Numbered from the stretch's first letter, positions 30,176 through 41,578 are shown. The stretch: 64,000 bases of DNA from a bacterium (GCA_963681965.1 OY820579.1:2816001-2880000), one strand, 5' to 3'. Notes: a model not told the origin generated them from the sequence alone. Made by a program: numbers and translations.

Positions 30176-31950
30176 CAGTTCTTCTCCTGAATTAACGTAA
30201 GTGCTGATTTTTTCCACTCTGCGATCGCATCTTCCATTAAACTAGCCGGTTGATATCGCAATTCACGCAGATTTTGCCACAGTTCCATCCATTTCGATGC
30301 AATCGGATCAGTTAGTGCCGCAAGTTGATCGGGATGCGTGATCTTTCCGGAAGGATGTTTGAACGTTGTTGACAGATATTCACTTAAGATATGCTCAATA
30401 TCTTCAGACTCTACTTCAGTAGATGCTGTAAAAGTATTGATTTTATCAAACAATCGTTTTTTGACTCCACGATATTGCGACCGTTCTTGAGAAGTCTTAC
30501 CGGATTTTATCCGGATCCACCCCATCCCCAACAACCCGACGATTGTTAGTACGATTGCGAGATACCAGCCCATTCGCAGCCAAAACAAGGGTCGATCGGT
30601 GCGCTCGATCATGGGTACAGGTAGTTGATCCTGTCCATTAAAAATCGTACTGGGTTGGCGAGGTGCATACATCATCGTCTGACCATTCGCTGCCCCTTCA
30701 GCCGTCAACCAGAGTGTGTCCGCCAACAGTTTTCGATAGGTTTGGGTACTCGGATCGAAGGAATTGATCGATTGAAAGACTAAGGCAAACCGACCGGGTG
30801 AACGAGGAATCACCGGATACCGAATTTCCTTCCGGATCTGCTCCCCATCTCCAAAGGTCTTGCTCTGTGCGGGATACGACTCAAGGCTACCCGGAACAGT
30901 TAACTCGGGTATCGGAAGATTCTTTAACTGACTCCCCCCCTTGATATTGACCAGAACGGTAGCTGCTTGGTGGACTGGAACGGATTGCGGTGAAATGGAT
31001 GCAGTCGCTTGAAAATTGCCGACCCAAGCATCGATACTCTTACCACCACCAGGAAGTGGTTTCGCAGTAATAGTCACTTTCTGCGATTTTACTGATTGCG
31101 GAACAATCGTAGCATCACCGAAGGGGTTGCCAAACGCACTAAAAGGATCGTTAAAGATCGAGAATGGGTCGTTATTACGGCGTCGAACTTGCTGAACAAC
31201 TTCGATTTGAGCTTCTAAGGGGGGTACCTCGATCGTACCGGCTCGGGTCGGTGTGATCCAAACATCCATCACGACGGCAGAATTCACCGGTCGACCATTG
31301 CGTTCCGTCCGTTCGACTTTATACTCTCGAATTTCGCGCGCATTTTCCATACTGTAGCCACTCCCTTGCGGAAGTTGGGTAATTTGGAGATTTCGCGCCG
31401 ATTGAAAGAAAATGCGGTACACGACATGAATGCGTTCCCCGACAAACACTGTTTTATCGGAAGTCGAGGCTTCGATCCACGCTTGCGCTGAAGAAGCTTG
31501 CTGCGGCTGTCTAGCTTGAGGTTGCCCTCTACTCTGACTTCCGGTATTTGGGGTGGAAGAGACCGGTACATCGACAACTTCAATGGTCGCTGCTGTAGAC
31601 ACAATTTGCTGTCCACCGGCATCGGATGAGGCAGTGGGAAGCGTATATGTCCCGGGTTTAGCAGGTGCTCGCAACACGTAAACCAACTCTACCGAATTGG
31701 AAACTTGACCATTGACGATCGAAAATTGAGTAGAAGTGGATGGACCACCTACTAATTGGAATTGCCCTAAATTTACCTTGGGATTTTTTGAAGTTCCCGA
31801 TAAGGAAACACGCCATTCGAAGACGCCGTTTGGCTCGATTTGCTGTGTCGAAGCCTCGGCACGAATCGATGCCGCAAACGCAATATCAGCGAAACCACCG
31901 ATCCATAATCCTAGTAAACCGAAAAGAATCAATGATCGCAATCGCGACAT
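30175..31950 (-). CDS. batD: BatD-family protein
   Basis: GPSTSTQFSIVNG, VFVGE, VGNF motifs; operon context. Confidence 0.88.
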   Translation of the reverse strand: MSRLRSLILFGLLGLWIGGFADIAFAASIRAEASTQQIEPNGVFEWRVSLSGTSKNPKVNLGQFQLVGGPSTSTQFSIVNGQVSNSVELVYVLRAPAKPGTYTLPTASSDAGGQQIVSTAATIEVVDVPVSSTPNTGSQSRGQPQARQPQQASSAQAWIEASTSDKTVFVGERIHVVYRIFFQSARNLQITQLPQGSGYSMENAREIREYKVERTERNGRPVNSAVVMDVWITPTRAGTIEVPPLEAQIEVVQQVRRRNNDPFSIFNDPFSAFGNPFGDATIVPQSVKSQKVTITAKPLPGGGKSIDAWVGNFQATASISPQSVPVHQAATVLVNIKGGSQLKNLPIPELTVPGSLESYPAQSKTFGDGEQIRKEIRYPVIPRSPGRFALVFQSINSFDPSTQTYRKLLADTLWLTAEGAANGQTMMYAPRQPSTIFNGQDQLPVPMIERTDRPLFWLRMGWYLAIVLTIVGLLGMGWIRIKSGKTSQERSQYRGVKKRLFDKINTFTASTEVESEDIEHILSEYLSTTFKHPSGKITHPDQLAALTDPIASKWMELWQNLRELRYQPASLMEDAIAEWKKSALTLIQEKN

Positions 31951-31953
31951 AGG

Positions 31954-32622
31954 TTACCAATCCTTCCCGGACGATGCACCACCTTGATCACCCTGGTTCC
32001 GTTTCTGCATTAACTTCTTTTGCAGATCGGCTTCGCGGTTTCGGGCTTGATCAAGCATCTTGTCATGCTGCTTCGGTTGTTGTTGCTTGGTCGAATCGGG
32101 ATTCTGTTGTTTCTTTTGATCTTGTTGATTCTTCTGATCTTGCTTACTGGAATCGGGTTGTTGAACTTGTTTCATCAACATAGCCAATTCTAGATTTTTT
32201 CGAGTGTTCGTGTCGGATGGAACACTTCTCAGTGATTCGGTATAGCATTTGATCGCATCGTCATATTTCTTTTGACGAAACATCATATTACCCATCTGAT
32301 AATAAGCATCCGATTTGACTTTTTTGTTTGGACTGCGAGCCGCTTCTTCAAACCACGATTGCGCTTCACCTGTTCGTCCTAATTCCTCATACGTCGAGGC
32401 AATATTAAATGGAATTTCAAACCGGGTTTTACGTTTGTCGCGTGCTTCCAGAAATTTTTCCAAGGCTTCTGCCTTTTTCGTGGAATCGGGGTATTTCAAC
32501 AGTTTATTACCCTGATTGACGAGCGTCCTTCCAGACGCGGCAAATCCAAGATTGACCGATAAAACAAGAAAAGTGATTGAGAATAACGATAGGTAGAAGC
32601 GATAACGATTTACCTGCATCAT
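31954..32622 (-). CDS. batC: BatC-like TPR protein with Gln-rich tail
   Basis: AYYQMGN..F, NLELA, Q/K-rich tail ending KDW. Confidence 0.82.
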   Translation of the reverse strand: MMQVNRYRFYLSLFSITFLVLSVNLGFAASGRTLVNQGNKLLKYPDSTKKAEALEKFLEARDKRKTRFEIPFNIASTYEELGRTGEAQSWFEEAARSPNKKVKSDAYYQMGNMMFRQKKYDDAIKCYTESLRSVPSDTNTRKNLELAMLMKQVQQPDSSKQDQKNQQDQKKQQNPDSTKQQQPKQHDKMLDQARNREADLQKKLMQKRNQGDQGGASSGKDW

Positions 32623-33674
32623 TTCACTCCTTCAAACCAGCCCGGTCGAGATTTTCGATTGATTAACTGACGCCAATTTGCTTTCTGATACTTTCTAGCA
32701 AGGGGCAGTGCCCGTTCCAGTATCAATAACAGCAATCCGATTGCAACGAACCACAAACCCCGGCTCATATACTCAGTTACGACTTTTTCACCGACTTTTC
32801 GCTTGTCGAGTTGCCCGATACCATTCAAGATCGCTGTGATATCCCCTTCATCGCCACGCCACCGGATATACTGACCACCTGTCTGAAGTGCAATTGGCTT
32901 TAAGTTTTCTTCAACCAACTTGGTTGTCACCATATTGCCTTCGTTATCGGTTTTATATTGACCCGGTCGATTTTTCAATGGAATGGGACCACCTTCCGAT
33001 GTTCCAATACCCAAAACGTAAAGCCGAGCACCGGCTTTTTGAAGGGCTTTTACCCCTTCGGCGACATATCCTTCGTGGTCTTCACCATCGGTAACCAGAA
33101 CGACACCGCGATCCCGTGCCGGATCGCCTTCAAATTGTTGTGCCGCAAGCAGTAATGAACCACCAATATCGGTTCCACCGCCGGGTAGCACATCAGTATC
33201 GGCTGCTTCGAGCCATGTACGAACGATTGATGCATCGATTGTCATCGGAATTTGTAGAAACGGTCGACTGGATACAAAGATCATCGAGATCCGGTCATTC
33301 AACATCCGGTCTAACAACCGATTGATCTTATATTTGGCAAGATCAAGACGGCTTGGGGCAACATCAATCGCATTCATCGATTTGGATACATCGAGTATTA
33401 GAACAATGTCGGCGCCTTTTCGCTCAACAGTTTCAACTTTCGTACCGATTCGCGGGTCGGCATAACCAATCATCAGAAAGATCAATCCGGCGGATATCAA
33501 TATCCACTCCCAACCGAACTTACGGTTTTCCCATCCCGGTGATAGCCGAGCCAATCCGGGGATTGCCAGGTTAATCTGTGATCGAAGTCGGATTTGCCAA
33601 TAGTATCCACCGATTCCAATCAATATTGGAACCCACAGGAAGTAAATTGGCCACTCAATGCGAAATTGTAACAT
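32619..33674 (-). CDS. batB: VWA protein BatB
   Basis: LDVSKSM.A.DV.PSRL, TDGEDHEG, GIGT.EGGPIP. Confidence 0.88.
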   Translation of the reverse strand: MLQFRIEWPIYFLWVPILIGIGGYYWQIRLRSQINLAIPGLARLSPGWENRKFGWEWILISAGLIFLMIGYADPRIGTKVETVERKGADIVLILDVSKSMNAIDVAPSRLDLAKYKINRLLDRMLNDRISMIFVSSRPFLQIPMTIDASIVRTWLEAADTDVLPGGGTDIGGSLLLAAQQFEGDPARDRGVVLVTDGEDHEGYVAEGVKALQKAGARLYVLGIGTSEGGPIPLKNRPGQYKTDNEGNMVTTKLVEENLKPIALQTGGQYIRWRGDEGDITAILNGIGQLDKRKVGEKVVTEYMSRGLWFVAIGLLLLILERALPLARKYQKANWRQLINRKSRPGWFEGVK

Positions 33675-33744
33675 AAGATTTATCTTTAGTATTCGTCTTT
33701 ACTGAATTAATTTTGCACATCATCTTCAAGAAAAATTCTAGTAC

Positions 33745-34734
33745 TTAGTAAGCACTCCGGTAATATGTAAATCGCAATATTAACTCGGAACAGACGAATA
33801 TTATTGCGATTAGCACAAACCACTTAAACTGATCTTCCACCCGACGCCACTTAACACCTTCAATTTTATACTTTTCCATCTGATCGATCTTGGCATAAAT
33901 ACTGCGAAGTGTTTTCGTGTCCGTCGCTCGATTGTAAGTGCCACCTGTCGCATCAGCGATGTTGTGCAGCAACTTCTCGTCGATTTCCACCGGAACCATC
34001 TGCATTTGGATACCGATTGGAGTCGGTACCGGATAGGGTGCCATACCTTCTTTTCCCACACCGACAGTGTACACTTTCACACGCATGTTTTTTGCGCGAT
34101 CAGCAGCATCTAGGGGTGGGAAAATCATCTGGTTGTTGACACCATCTGTCATCAAGATGATCACTTTAGAAGGTGCTTTACTTGCTTCAAGACGTGCTAA
34201 AGCAAGTGTTAAACCAGCACCGATTGCAGTGCCATCTTCTTCGAGTTCGCGTGTTTTCGTTAAATCAATCATCTTTTTCAAGACATTGTGATCGGAAGTC
34301 AGTGGACACTGAGTGTAAGCTTCTTTCGAAAACACAACCAAACCGATCCGATCGTTCGGTCGACCATCGACGAATTGCTTCGCTGCTTCTTTCGCCGCTT
34401 CAAGACGATTTTTCGGTTCGAAATCGAGTGACATCATCGATCCGGAGACATCCAGCGCTATGATGATATCCACCCCTTCGGTTTCCGAACGTTCGCCGCC
34501 GGAAACACTTTGTGGTCGGGCGATAGCGAGTATCAGTGAAATGAATGCCAATCCCCGTAAGATTAGTAATAACTTACGACCACCATCGGATTTACCGACA
34601 ATTTTCTTAATCGGTAAGAAGGCAGGAATTCGTGTTGCAGGTTCGCGAAATCGACCAATGCGCCATTCGAACCATGCCCAAGCAAGAATCGGTATCAACA
34701 GGAATAAGGCTTCAGGGTTGTCCCATTGCATCAT
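33745..34734 (-). CDS. batA: VWA protein BatA
   Basis: ARPQ, LDVSGSM, DRIGLVVF, PLTSD, GTAIG, TDGVNN. Confidence 0.9.
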   Translation of the reverse strand: MMQWDNPEALFLLIPILAWAWFEWRIGRFREPATRIPAFLPIKKIVGKSDGGRKLLLILRGLAFISLILAIARPQSVSGGERSETEGVDIIIALDVSGSMMSLDFEPKNRLEAAKEAAKQFVDGRPNDRIGLVVFSKEAYTQCPLTSDHNVLKKMIDLTKTRELEEDGTAIGAGLTLALARLEASKAPSKVIILMTDGVNNQMIFPPLDAADRAKNMRVKVYTVGVGKEGMAPYPVPTPIGIQMQMVPVEIDEKLLHNIADATGGTYNRATDTKTLRSIYAKIDQMEKYKIEGVKWRRVEDQFKWFVLIAIIFVCSELILRFTYYRSAY

Positions 34735-35876
34735 TGCCGGTCCCCCTCCCTACCCTTTTCAGCTTCACGTAATTCATCAAGTAATGTTCGATTACTGTTT
34801 TTAGAATCTTGAGTTATCGAAGCCATTTGATTCGATTTTGATGACGAAATTTCCGCTGCAGAAGGCTGTGAACTGGAACTTTTTGATTCCTTTTGTTGCG
34901 CTGTCGCTTCGGCAATCGCCTTGGCTCGAAGGTCGTCCTGCTGCTTTTGCCAACGGATACCCCAAACACCAACAAGTTGTTCGGCTTCTTTTACCCCTTC
35001 GAGACAGCGATTGTTGGCAATCTCGCCGCGGGCAAACTTCACTTCATCGGCAATTGACAGTAAACCGATGAATATCTTGTGTTCCTCATTGCCAAGAATA
35101 GCTGCAACTTCTTTACTTCGTAATTCAGAAGTTGTTTTTTCAAGTGCATTATAGTTAAAGCGACCCTCTAAATATTCTTTAATGATATCTATAAGATCTG
35201 TCTGGAATCCTTTAATATCCCCTAACTCCCACTTCGCCTCATTCTTGATTATTGCCAATCGTTCAAACGCAACATGCTCTGGTGACGGTGGCGGAGGCGG
35301 TGGTGGTGGCGGTAACAATGATTTCCGGTATTTCTGATACCGCAAATACCCATAGATGAGTGCCGCTAATGCAATTGGTGCTCCGATCCATAACAACCAT
35401 TCCAACCATGATGGTGGAATCGTTTTCATCGGTAAATCGGGTTTCAATAAAGTATCGAGACCTGGTCCGGGTTTCGCATTCAACGTCGAATGAATGGTAA
35501 TCGGGATCGAATTGGTCTTAAATCGGGAAGTATCGGTACCGCGGATTGCAAAAATATCGAAAGACGGAACTGCGACATTTCCGGTATCCATCACTGCGAA
35601 GACACCAGTCCATTTCGCCGTCGGTCCAGTCGTTTCGATCGAGTTGCTCTGCAGTAAAACAAACGGAGTCTGCCAACCCGATCCACTCCAAGGACCAACT
35701 AATGTGGCATTTAGCGGCAGACCGGACATTTCAATCTGAATGGAGAGACTCTCGGCAATTGCTGCGCGTGTGCGACTGACCCGAGCCGTACCGGAAAAGG
35801 CTAAAACCGATTTATTTACAAATATACTGAAGATGATAAATAGGATAATTACCGACAGGCGATTCCAATGTCTCAT
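34731..35876 (-). CDS. Bat-operon membrane protein (single TM, polyproline linker)
   Basis: Signal peptide, TM, PPPPPPPP, ALEKTTSE and ADEVKFA motifs. Confidence 0.75.
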   Translation of the reverse strand: MRHWNRLSVIILFIIFSIFVNKSVLAFSGTARVSRTRAAIAESLSIQIEMSGLPLNATLVGPWSGSGWQTPFVLLQSNSIETTGPTAKWTGVFAVMDTGNVAVPSFDIFAIRGTDTSRFKTNSIPITIHSTLNAKPGPGLDTLLKPDLPMKTIPPSWLEWLLWIGAPIALAALIYGYLRYQKYRKSLLPPPPPPPPPSPEHVAFERLAIIKNEAKWELGDIKGFQTDLIDIIKEYLEGRFNYNALEKTTSELRSKEVAAILGNEEHKIFIGLLSIADEVKFARGEIANNRCLEGVKEAEQLVGVWGIRWQKQQDDLRAKAIAEATAQQKESKSSSSQPSAAEISSSKSNQMASITQDSKNSNRTLLDELREAEKGREGDRQ

Positions 35877-36748
35877 CGATAGTGCCCTCGTCGCTGAAAG
35901 AAATCGGTAAGAATTGGAACGATATCGTCGTTGGTCTTGATTTCAACGCGATCGATGCGTGATCGACTTAATTGTGCGATGGTCTGTTCTCTTTGTTTGC
36001 GGAAACCTTCTTGCCATGCGGCTTGTACTTCTTTCCGGTTGGAATCGATCCAGGTCTCCTGATTGGTTTCGGCATCGATCACTTTTAACCATCCGGCTTG
36101 CGGAAGTTTCTCCTCTAGTTGGTCGATCAGATGGACTGCCACCACATCGTGTCGCGATGCCACCCGCTGCAATGCATCGTGATACCCTTCGGAATGAAAA
36201 TCGGAAAGCAAAAACAAAATGGATCGCTGACGCATGATCCGGTCGACATATTCAAGGACATTTGTCAGATTGGTTCCTTGATTCTTCGGTTCGAATTCAA
36301 CCAGTTCGGTTAATACCCGAAAAGCGTGGCTGCGCCCTTTTTTCGGTGGTAGATACCGCTCGACATGGTCGGAAAACAGTAATAACCCAACTTTATCGTT
36401 GTTCCGAATTGCCGAGAAGCTCAATATTGCCGCAATTTCCGCCGCAATTTCGGCTTTCCATTGGCGAAGCGAACCGAATTGTTGCGAGCCCGAAATATCG
36501 ACGATCAAGAGGACAGTCAACTCTCGATCTTCTTCAAAGGTTTTGACAAACGGGTGATTCATTCGCGCCGAGACATTCCAATCGACATCGCGGATGTCGT
36601 CGCCGGCAATATAATCGCGCACTTCCCGAAACGTGACACCCCGTCCTCGAAAGGCCGAGTGGTATTGTCCGGTAAAAGTGGTTTTAACGATACCACGTGT
36701 CCGGATTTCTACTTCGCGAACGCGCTTGAGTAATTCTTTCGCATCCAT
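35873..36748 (-). CDS. DUF58 protein
   Basis: FREVRDY..GDDIRDVDWNVSAR, EEDREL, DISGS, SDF. Confidence 0.93.
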   Translation of the reverse strand: MDAKELLKRVREVEIRTRGIVKTTFTGQYHSAFRGRGVTFREVRDYIAGDDIRDVDWNVSARMNHPFVKTFEEDRELTVLLIVDISGSQQFGSLRQWKAEIAAEIAAILSFSAIRNNDKVGLLLFSDHVERYLPPKKGRSHAFRVLTELVEFEPKNQGTNLTNVLEYVDRIMRQRSILFLLSDFHSEGYHDALQRVASRHDVVAVHLIDQLEEKLPQAGWLKVIDAETNQETWIDSNRKEVQAAWQEGFRKQREQTIAQLSRSRIDRVEIKTNDDIVPILTDFFQRRGHYR

Positions 36749-37737
36749 TACGGTACGATAATCCGATCGAATAAGGTTTTCACGATTTTATCGGAAGTCC
36801 AGTCCTGCGCTTCAGCTTCGTAGCTAAGTCCAATGCGATGCCGTAAGACATCGACACCGATTGCGCGGACATCTTCCGGTAACACATAACCACGACGCTG
36901 GAGGAACGCATGTGCTCGGGCACAAGCGGTCAAGTAGATGGATGCACGCGGGCTGGCGCCGTAACGAATCATACCATCCAATTCTTTGACACCGGCGGCA
37001 ACTGGATTGCGAGTAGCAATAATGATATCCAGAACGTAATTCTCGATCTTTTCATCCGTGTAAATCTGATCGCAGGCATTTCGGATTTGCAACAATTCTT
37101 CCGGAGTCAACGCTGGTTGAATCTTCTCGGATAGAATCCGTTTTTGATCGCGGAGAATGGTTCGCTCTTCGTCTCGACTAGGATAAGTCAACACCACTTT
37201 CATCAGGAAACGGTCAAGTTGCGCTTCGGGAAGTGGATAGGTTCCCTCTTGCTCTAGTGGGTTCTGTGTGGCTATTACCAGAAACGGCTGTTCGAGGTAA
37301 TAGGTTTCTTCACCTAAAGTTACTTGACGTTCTTGCATCGCTTCGAGCAGTGCCGATTGCACTTTTGCCGGGGCGCGGTTGATTTCATCAGCCAACAAGA
37401 AATTCGTGAAGATGGGTCCTTTGCGAGTGACGAACCGCTGCTCTTTCATATCGAAAATTAGGGTTCCAGTTACGTCAGCCGGGAGCAAATCGGGCGTAAA
37501 TTGAATTCGCTGAAAGCGTGCTTTGATCGAAGCAGCCAGCGTTTTCGCCGCCAGAGTCTTCGCCAATCCCGGAACGCCTTCCAAGAGTAAGTGACCGTCG
37601 CAAAGCAGTGCGATCAACATCCGATCGACTAGATCCTGTTGACCGACAATTACTTGTCCTAGTGCTTTTCGAACGCGCTCCAATCCAATGGACTCACGTG
37701 CGATCATTTCATTAAGTGCTCGAATATCAGTGTGCAT
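36748..37737 (-). CDS. moxR: MoxR AAA+ ATPase
   Basis: [50 protein letters not shown]. Confidence 0.96.
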   Translation of the reverse strand: MHTDIRALNEMIARESIGLERVRKALGQVIVGQQDLVDRMLIALLCDGHLLLEGVPGLAKTLAAKTLAASIKARFQRIQFTPDLLPADVTGTLIFDMKEQRFVTRKGPIFTNFLLADEINRAPAKVQSALLEAMQERQVTLGEETYYLEQPFLVIATQNPLEQEGTYPLPEAQLDRFLMKVVLTYPSRDEERTILRDQKRILSEKIQPALTPEELLQIRNACDQIYTDEKIENYVLDIIIATRNPVAAGVKELDGMIRYGASPRASIYLTACARAHAFLQRRGYVLPEDVRAIGVDVLRHRIGLSYEAEAQDWTSDKIVKTLFDRIIVP

Positions 37738-37821
37738 AACAGTTCCGTAACCTAACGTCTTTGGTTTTCGATTTATATCAGTAAAAGCGTCAGTGCAAGA
37801 CGACCTTCACATAAATAAGGT

Positions 37822-37845
37822 CGGGGCAATTCGCTAATTGCCCCG
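37822..37845. repeat. REP-like palindrome
   Basis: CGGGGCAATT-CGCT-AATTGCCCCG. Confidence 0.6.
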
Positions 37846-37968
37846 TGAAATTTCTTCGAAACGGGCAACCGCTGTCAGTGTCGATTGAAAACATTCCTCA
37901 GCGGTCTGCGAATCTTCTTGATATTTTTTTACGCATTAAATTCGGGATGGTTCCCGATCGAATGAAAC

Positions 37969-38409
37969 CTACTTCGAGGTTTTCGGTTCCTGCGTTTCCT
38001 TGGTTTCTTTCTTCGTTGTATCGGTCGGAGAAAGTTGTTTCAGCTCTTCGATATCGTTGATATCTTTGCCAAGGTGCTTGAGTTCCCATTGAGCAGATGC
38101 GACGATACCGGGATCGCTAACACTCGAATAATCTTTCAAGAATTGCTCGTAGGCGGTTTTCGCTTTCGCCAAATCTTTCAACTCGTTGGCGTACAAGAAG
38201 CCGACCATGAATTGTGCTTGAGCTGCGCGGGTACCTTTCGGTGCGACTTTCACGACTTCTTCGTACTTCTGCACGGCGTCCTTAATTTTTCCCTGTTCCT
38301 GAAAGGTCTTCGCTGAATTAAAGAGTTCCTCTTCATTAGCTTTAGCGCCGCCGCAGCCAACCAACAGCATGATTGAAACGAATGCCCAAACTAAGCGGAT
38401 TTTCGACAT
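37969..38409 (-). CDS. TPR lipoprotein (BamD/CpoB-like repeats)
   Basis: Lipobox LVGC; AQAQFMVGFLY, AYEQFLKDY. Confidence 0.8.
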   Translation of the reverse strand: MSKIRLVWAFVSIMLLVGCGGAKANEEELFNSAKTFQEQGKIKDAVQKYEEVVKVAPKGTRAAQAQFMVGFLYANELKDLAKAKTAYEQFLKDYSSVSDPGIVASAQWELKHLGKDINDIEELKQLSPTDTTKKETKETQEPKTSK

Positions 38410-38653
38410 GCATCGATTCCTTTCGTTGATCGATCGACAAGATTTCCGGTAAATCGCTGATGATTCGTGACCGGATCGTATGAGATTAACGCATTAAATA
38501 CGCGGGATAAGGTAAAAAAGTTTCTGCGATTGGTAAAATCTTGCTCCGAAAGTCTATCGGTAGTGTTAAGTTCCAACCTTTCGAAACATAATCCTAGATA
38601 ATATGTTATAATACAATATTTTAAAGTACTTTAGCAAGATTGCCTAAGTATTG

Positions 38654-41455
38654 TCACTGTGATTGTTTCTTACCTTCGGAGAGCCAACCGAAAAGTTCGT
38701 ACAAGTCATTTTGAGTTCGAAGCGGTGTAATCTCGACTGGTAGCGATCTGCGAATGATCTCTCCGTACCGCGATGTCAGGATCCGGCGATCGAGAATCAG
38801 AATAACACCGAGATCTTCTTCCAGCCGAATCATTCGACCAATTCCTTGTTTTAGCTTGAGGATTGTTTGCGGGATCGATACTTCGAAGAAGTCGCTTCCT
38901 CCCCGTTCTTTCACGAGTTCCGATTTGGAAGCTTGGATCGGATCATCGGGTACTGGAAATGGTAATCGCGGAATAATGATCGTTTCGAGTGCCGTTCCGG
39001 GAAGATCGACTCCTTCCCAGAATGAATCATATCCGATTAGGATTCCACCTTGTTTCCCGCGGAATTGCTCGACCAATTCTGCAGGATTGCCATCGCGACC
39101 CTGCAGCCAGACAAAATGATTCTTTCCGCGAAAATGCGACTGCAGCGCTTTGGCAAATTGCAATCCGACTCGCTTCGCAGTAGCTAGTACTAATGTGTTG
39201 ATCGGTGCTTCGTGCAGCACTTCGGAAAGCCATTCTGCGACTCCGGCAGCGTCGAATTGACCATTCTGCCATGGATCCGGACCAAACATCGGTACGGCTA
39301 TTCGCAGTTGTCGTTTCAATTTAAACGGTGAAGCGACATTTTGTTCGATTGGATCGACGGTCGTATCAGTTAACCCAATTGCTTTGCGATAATATTGAAA
39401 TGAAGTATCCACCGACAATGTCGCACTGGTCAGGACACCGAACCGCTCCGCTTCAAACAGCTTCTCGCGCAAAACCTGCGATACATCTACCGGCGAAGCA
39501 AAGAATTCCACTTCCATCGGATCGGCATCAGGTGGCAGTTCCCACCAGGTAGCACTGTTCTTTTCGGCAATGCGAACGCGTTTCCAACAGACACCGCATT
39601 CAACGAGTTTCAATTCAAATGATTCAACCTGACTTCGCAAATCATCGTTCAGAGCGAAGACCGGTTTCAATTTCGTCACGCTACTGATCGCAGCAGTAAT
39701 TTTTTCATCGATCCGTTCCGATGCTGCTGGAAACCATATTGCCGGTCCATCACCAGCCAAATATCGTTTTCGACGACCAAAATCTGAATCGGGTGTTGTA
39801 TAGATCATTTGTGTAAAAGCATGGATATAACTATTCCAAGCCTCTTCAATGGCAGCAATCGCCAATTGCGCTTCGCGGAATGCGGTATTCTGTTGTGCTG
39901 CTGCAAATGCAAAAGCAAGATCGGTGAATGCTTCCTGAAGATTTCTGTAAACTGCTCGTGACACCGATACTGTCGCAGAATCACGTGCCACTTCTTCCAA
40001 TCGATGCGCTTCGTCAATCACGATGGCATTGACTTCACCCAATAATTGCGGTTGATAGAGCAAATAGGTACAGAGTAACGCATGATTGACCACCACAAGT
40101 TGAGCGGTACTAGCTAATTTCCGTGCCTTGGCGTAGAAACATCCGATTGGACCGTTCGGACAGCCTCGGGCACCACAACCGAAGGGTTCCGATGCGACTT
40201 TCCGCATCATCTGACTGCCATCGCGCAAGGTCACAAATTCAGAAGCATCGCCCGTATCGGTCCAACTCAACCAAAGCGGTAATGTGGAAGCGTGATATGC
40301 TTCATCCGGAGAAATATTACCACTGCGATGTGCCGCTAAATCGTCAAACCGAAATGGACAGATGTAATTGTTGCGTCCTTTTAAGAGTGTTGTTTCAATA
40401 CCGCGAAATCGCGGTAACCAGAATGGCAAATCTTTATGGAATAGTTGGTGCTGTAAGGTCTTACTATAGGTCGATATGACGGCTCGACGGGAACTATCTT
40501 CTGCTAACCAAGCTAATAACGGTAGTAGATATCCAAAGGTTTTTCCGACACCGGTTCCAGCTTCCAACACAATCCATTGTTCATTAGTGAGTGCTTTACC
40601 GACCCACTCGGCATACTCCATCTGACCATTACGTTGTCGAAACGAGGGTAGGTTTTGTGAGGCGTACCCATCGGTTGACAGCTCATGTTCGATCTCGGAT
40701 AACTGTACGGATTGATTACCCTCCGATTTGCGATATGACGGTGACCACGGTGAAAGCGGCAATACCCGTTTTTTCCGTTCGGGAACATGAGGTCGCAACC
40801 TAGTCCAAGCTTCCGCAGGAAATCCATAGCGGGTATTATTTGCTAAAGCGGCAAGTTGATCGCATTCCTCCTTACACAATAAATTCAGTCGTGGAAGACA
40901 GGCACGAAATAACTCGCCAGTTGCGAATGCATCGGAAAGTGCGCGATGGGGTCGATCATGCTTCAAACCCAACCACTTTGTGAGGCTGCCTAATCCACCG
41001 GGAGGTGCTTCTGGATAAAGTAGTCGAGCAAAATTGCGGGTATCGAGCAACCACAGTGGTAATGACCAGGAGCGTCCGGTACGTGTTGCTTCTGCCATTA
41101 CAAATCCGACATCAAAGACAAGACTATGACCTAACAGCGCTGGAGTCGATTTCCAGATGTCTTCAATTTCACTCAATCGTTCGGTAAATGACTTCTGACC
41201 CAACAGCATCTTATTTGAGATACCGGTCAATCGTGTAATCTCGGCGGGAACTTTATTGGGAATTGAAAACAGCTCATCGAAGGCTGTGGTTACACCTTCT
41301 GCAGTAACCCAGACTGCGCCCAATTCAATTACCCGATCACTACGTGAATCTAGACCGGTCGTCTCGCAATCGATTGCGAGGATCCGATCGGGGAAATTTA
41401 ACTTTTCCCACATCTTGACGATTTCGGTCTGATTGACTTGCGGTGTGATGTTCAC
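38654..41455 (-). CDS. dinG: DEDDh 3'-5' exonuclease fused to DinG-family helicase
   Basis: IDCETTG...HRALSDA; EAGTGVGKT, DEAH, TSATL, FWEGVD, QGIGRMIR; Fe-S cysteines. Confidence 0.9.
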   Translation of the reverse strand: MNITPQVNQTEIVKMWEKLNFPDRILAIDCETTGLDSRSDRVIELGAVWVTAEGVTTAFDELFSIPNKVPAEITRLTGISNKMLLGQKSFTERLSEIEDIWKSTPALLGHSLVFDVGFVMAEATRTGRSWSLPLWLLDTRNFARLLYPEAPPGGLGSLTKWLGLKHDRPHRALSDAFATGELFRACLPRLNLLCKEECDQLAALANNTRYGFPAEAWTRLRPHVPERKKRVLPLSPWSPSYRKSEGNQSVQLSEIEHELSTDGYASQNLPSFRQRNGQMEYAEWVGKALTNEQWIVLEAGTGVGKTFGYLLPLLAWLAEDSSRRAVISTYSKTLQHQLFHKDLPFWLPRFRGIETTLLKGRNNYICPFRFDDLAAHRSGNISPDEAYHASTLPLWLSWTDTGDASEFVTLRDGSQMMRKVASEPFGCGARGCPNGPIGCFYAKARKLASTAQLVVVNHALLCTYLLYQPQLLGEVNAIVIDEAHRLEEVARDSATVSVSRAVYRNLQEAFTDLAFAFAAAQQNTAFREAQLAIAAIEEAWNSYIHAFTQMIYTTPDSDFGRRKRYLAGDGPAIWFPAASERIDEKITAAISSVTKLKPVFALNDDLRSQVESFELKLVECGVCWKRVRIAEKNSATWWELPPDADPMEVEFFASPVDVSQVLREKLFEAERFGVLTSATLSVDTSFQYYRKAIGLTDTTVDPIEQNVASPFKLKRQLRIAVPMFGPDPWQNGQFDAAGVAEWLSEVLHEAPINTLVLATAKRVGLQFAKALQSHFRGKNHFVWLQGRDGNPAELVEQFRGKQGGILIGYDSFWEGVDLPGTALETIIIPRLPFPVPDDPIQASKSELVKERGGSDFFEVSIPQTILKLKQGIGRMIRLEEDLGVILILDRRILTSRYGEIIRRSLPVEITPLRTQNDLYELFGWLSEGKKQSQ

Positions 41456-41557
41456 AATTGATATCCATTGCCGCAGCGGTCGAACCGTCCTGTGGCGTGA
41501 AAATGTTGGAAAACGCTTACTATCCTGTGGCTTACCCTATCTAGGTATCAAAAAAAA

Positions 41558-41578
41558 GGGGCGAATGCAATTCGCCCC
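41558..41578. repeat. REP-like palindrome / gcvPB terminator
   Basis: GGGGCGAAT-GCA-ATTCGCCCC preceded by poly-A (U-tract on minus strand). Confidence 0.75.

Noticed and set aside
35281-35312. GGT/GGC triplet run
   Set aside because: Encodes an ordinary polyproline linker with mixed codons, not a contingency repeat
29396-37737. MoxR-DUF58-bat cluster as a novel system
   Set aside because: Well-known conserved operon in its usual order
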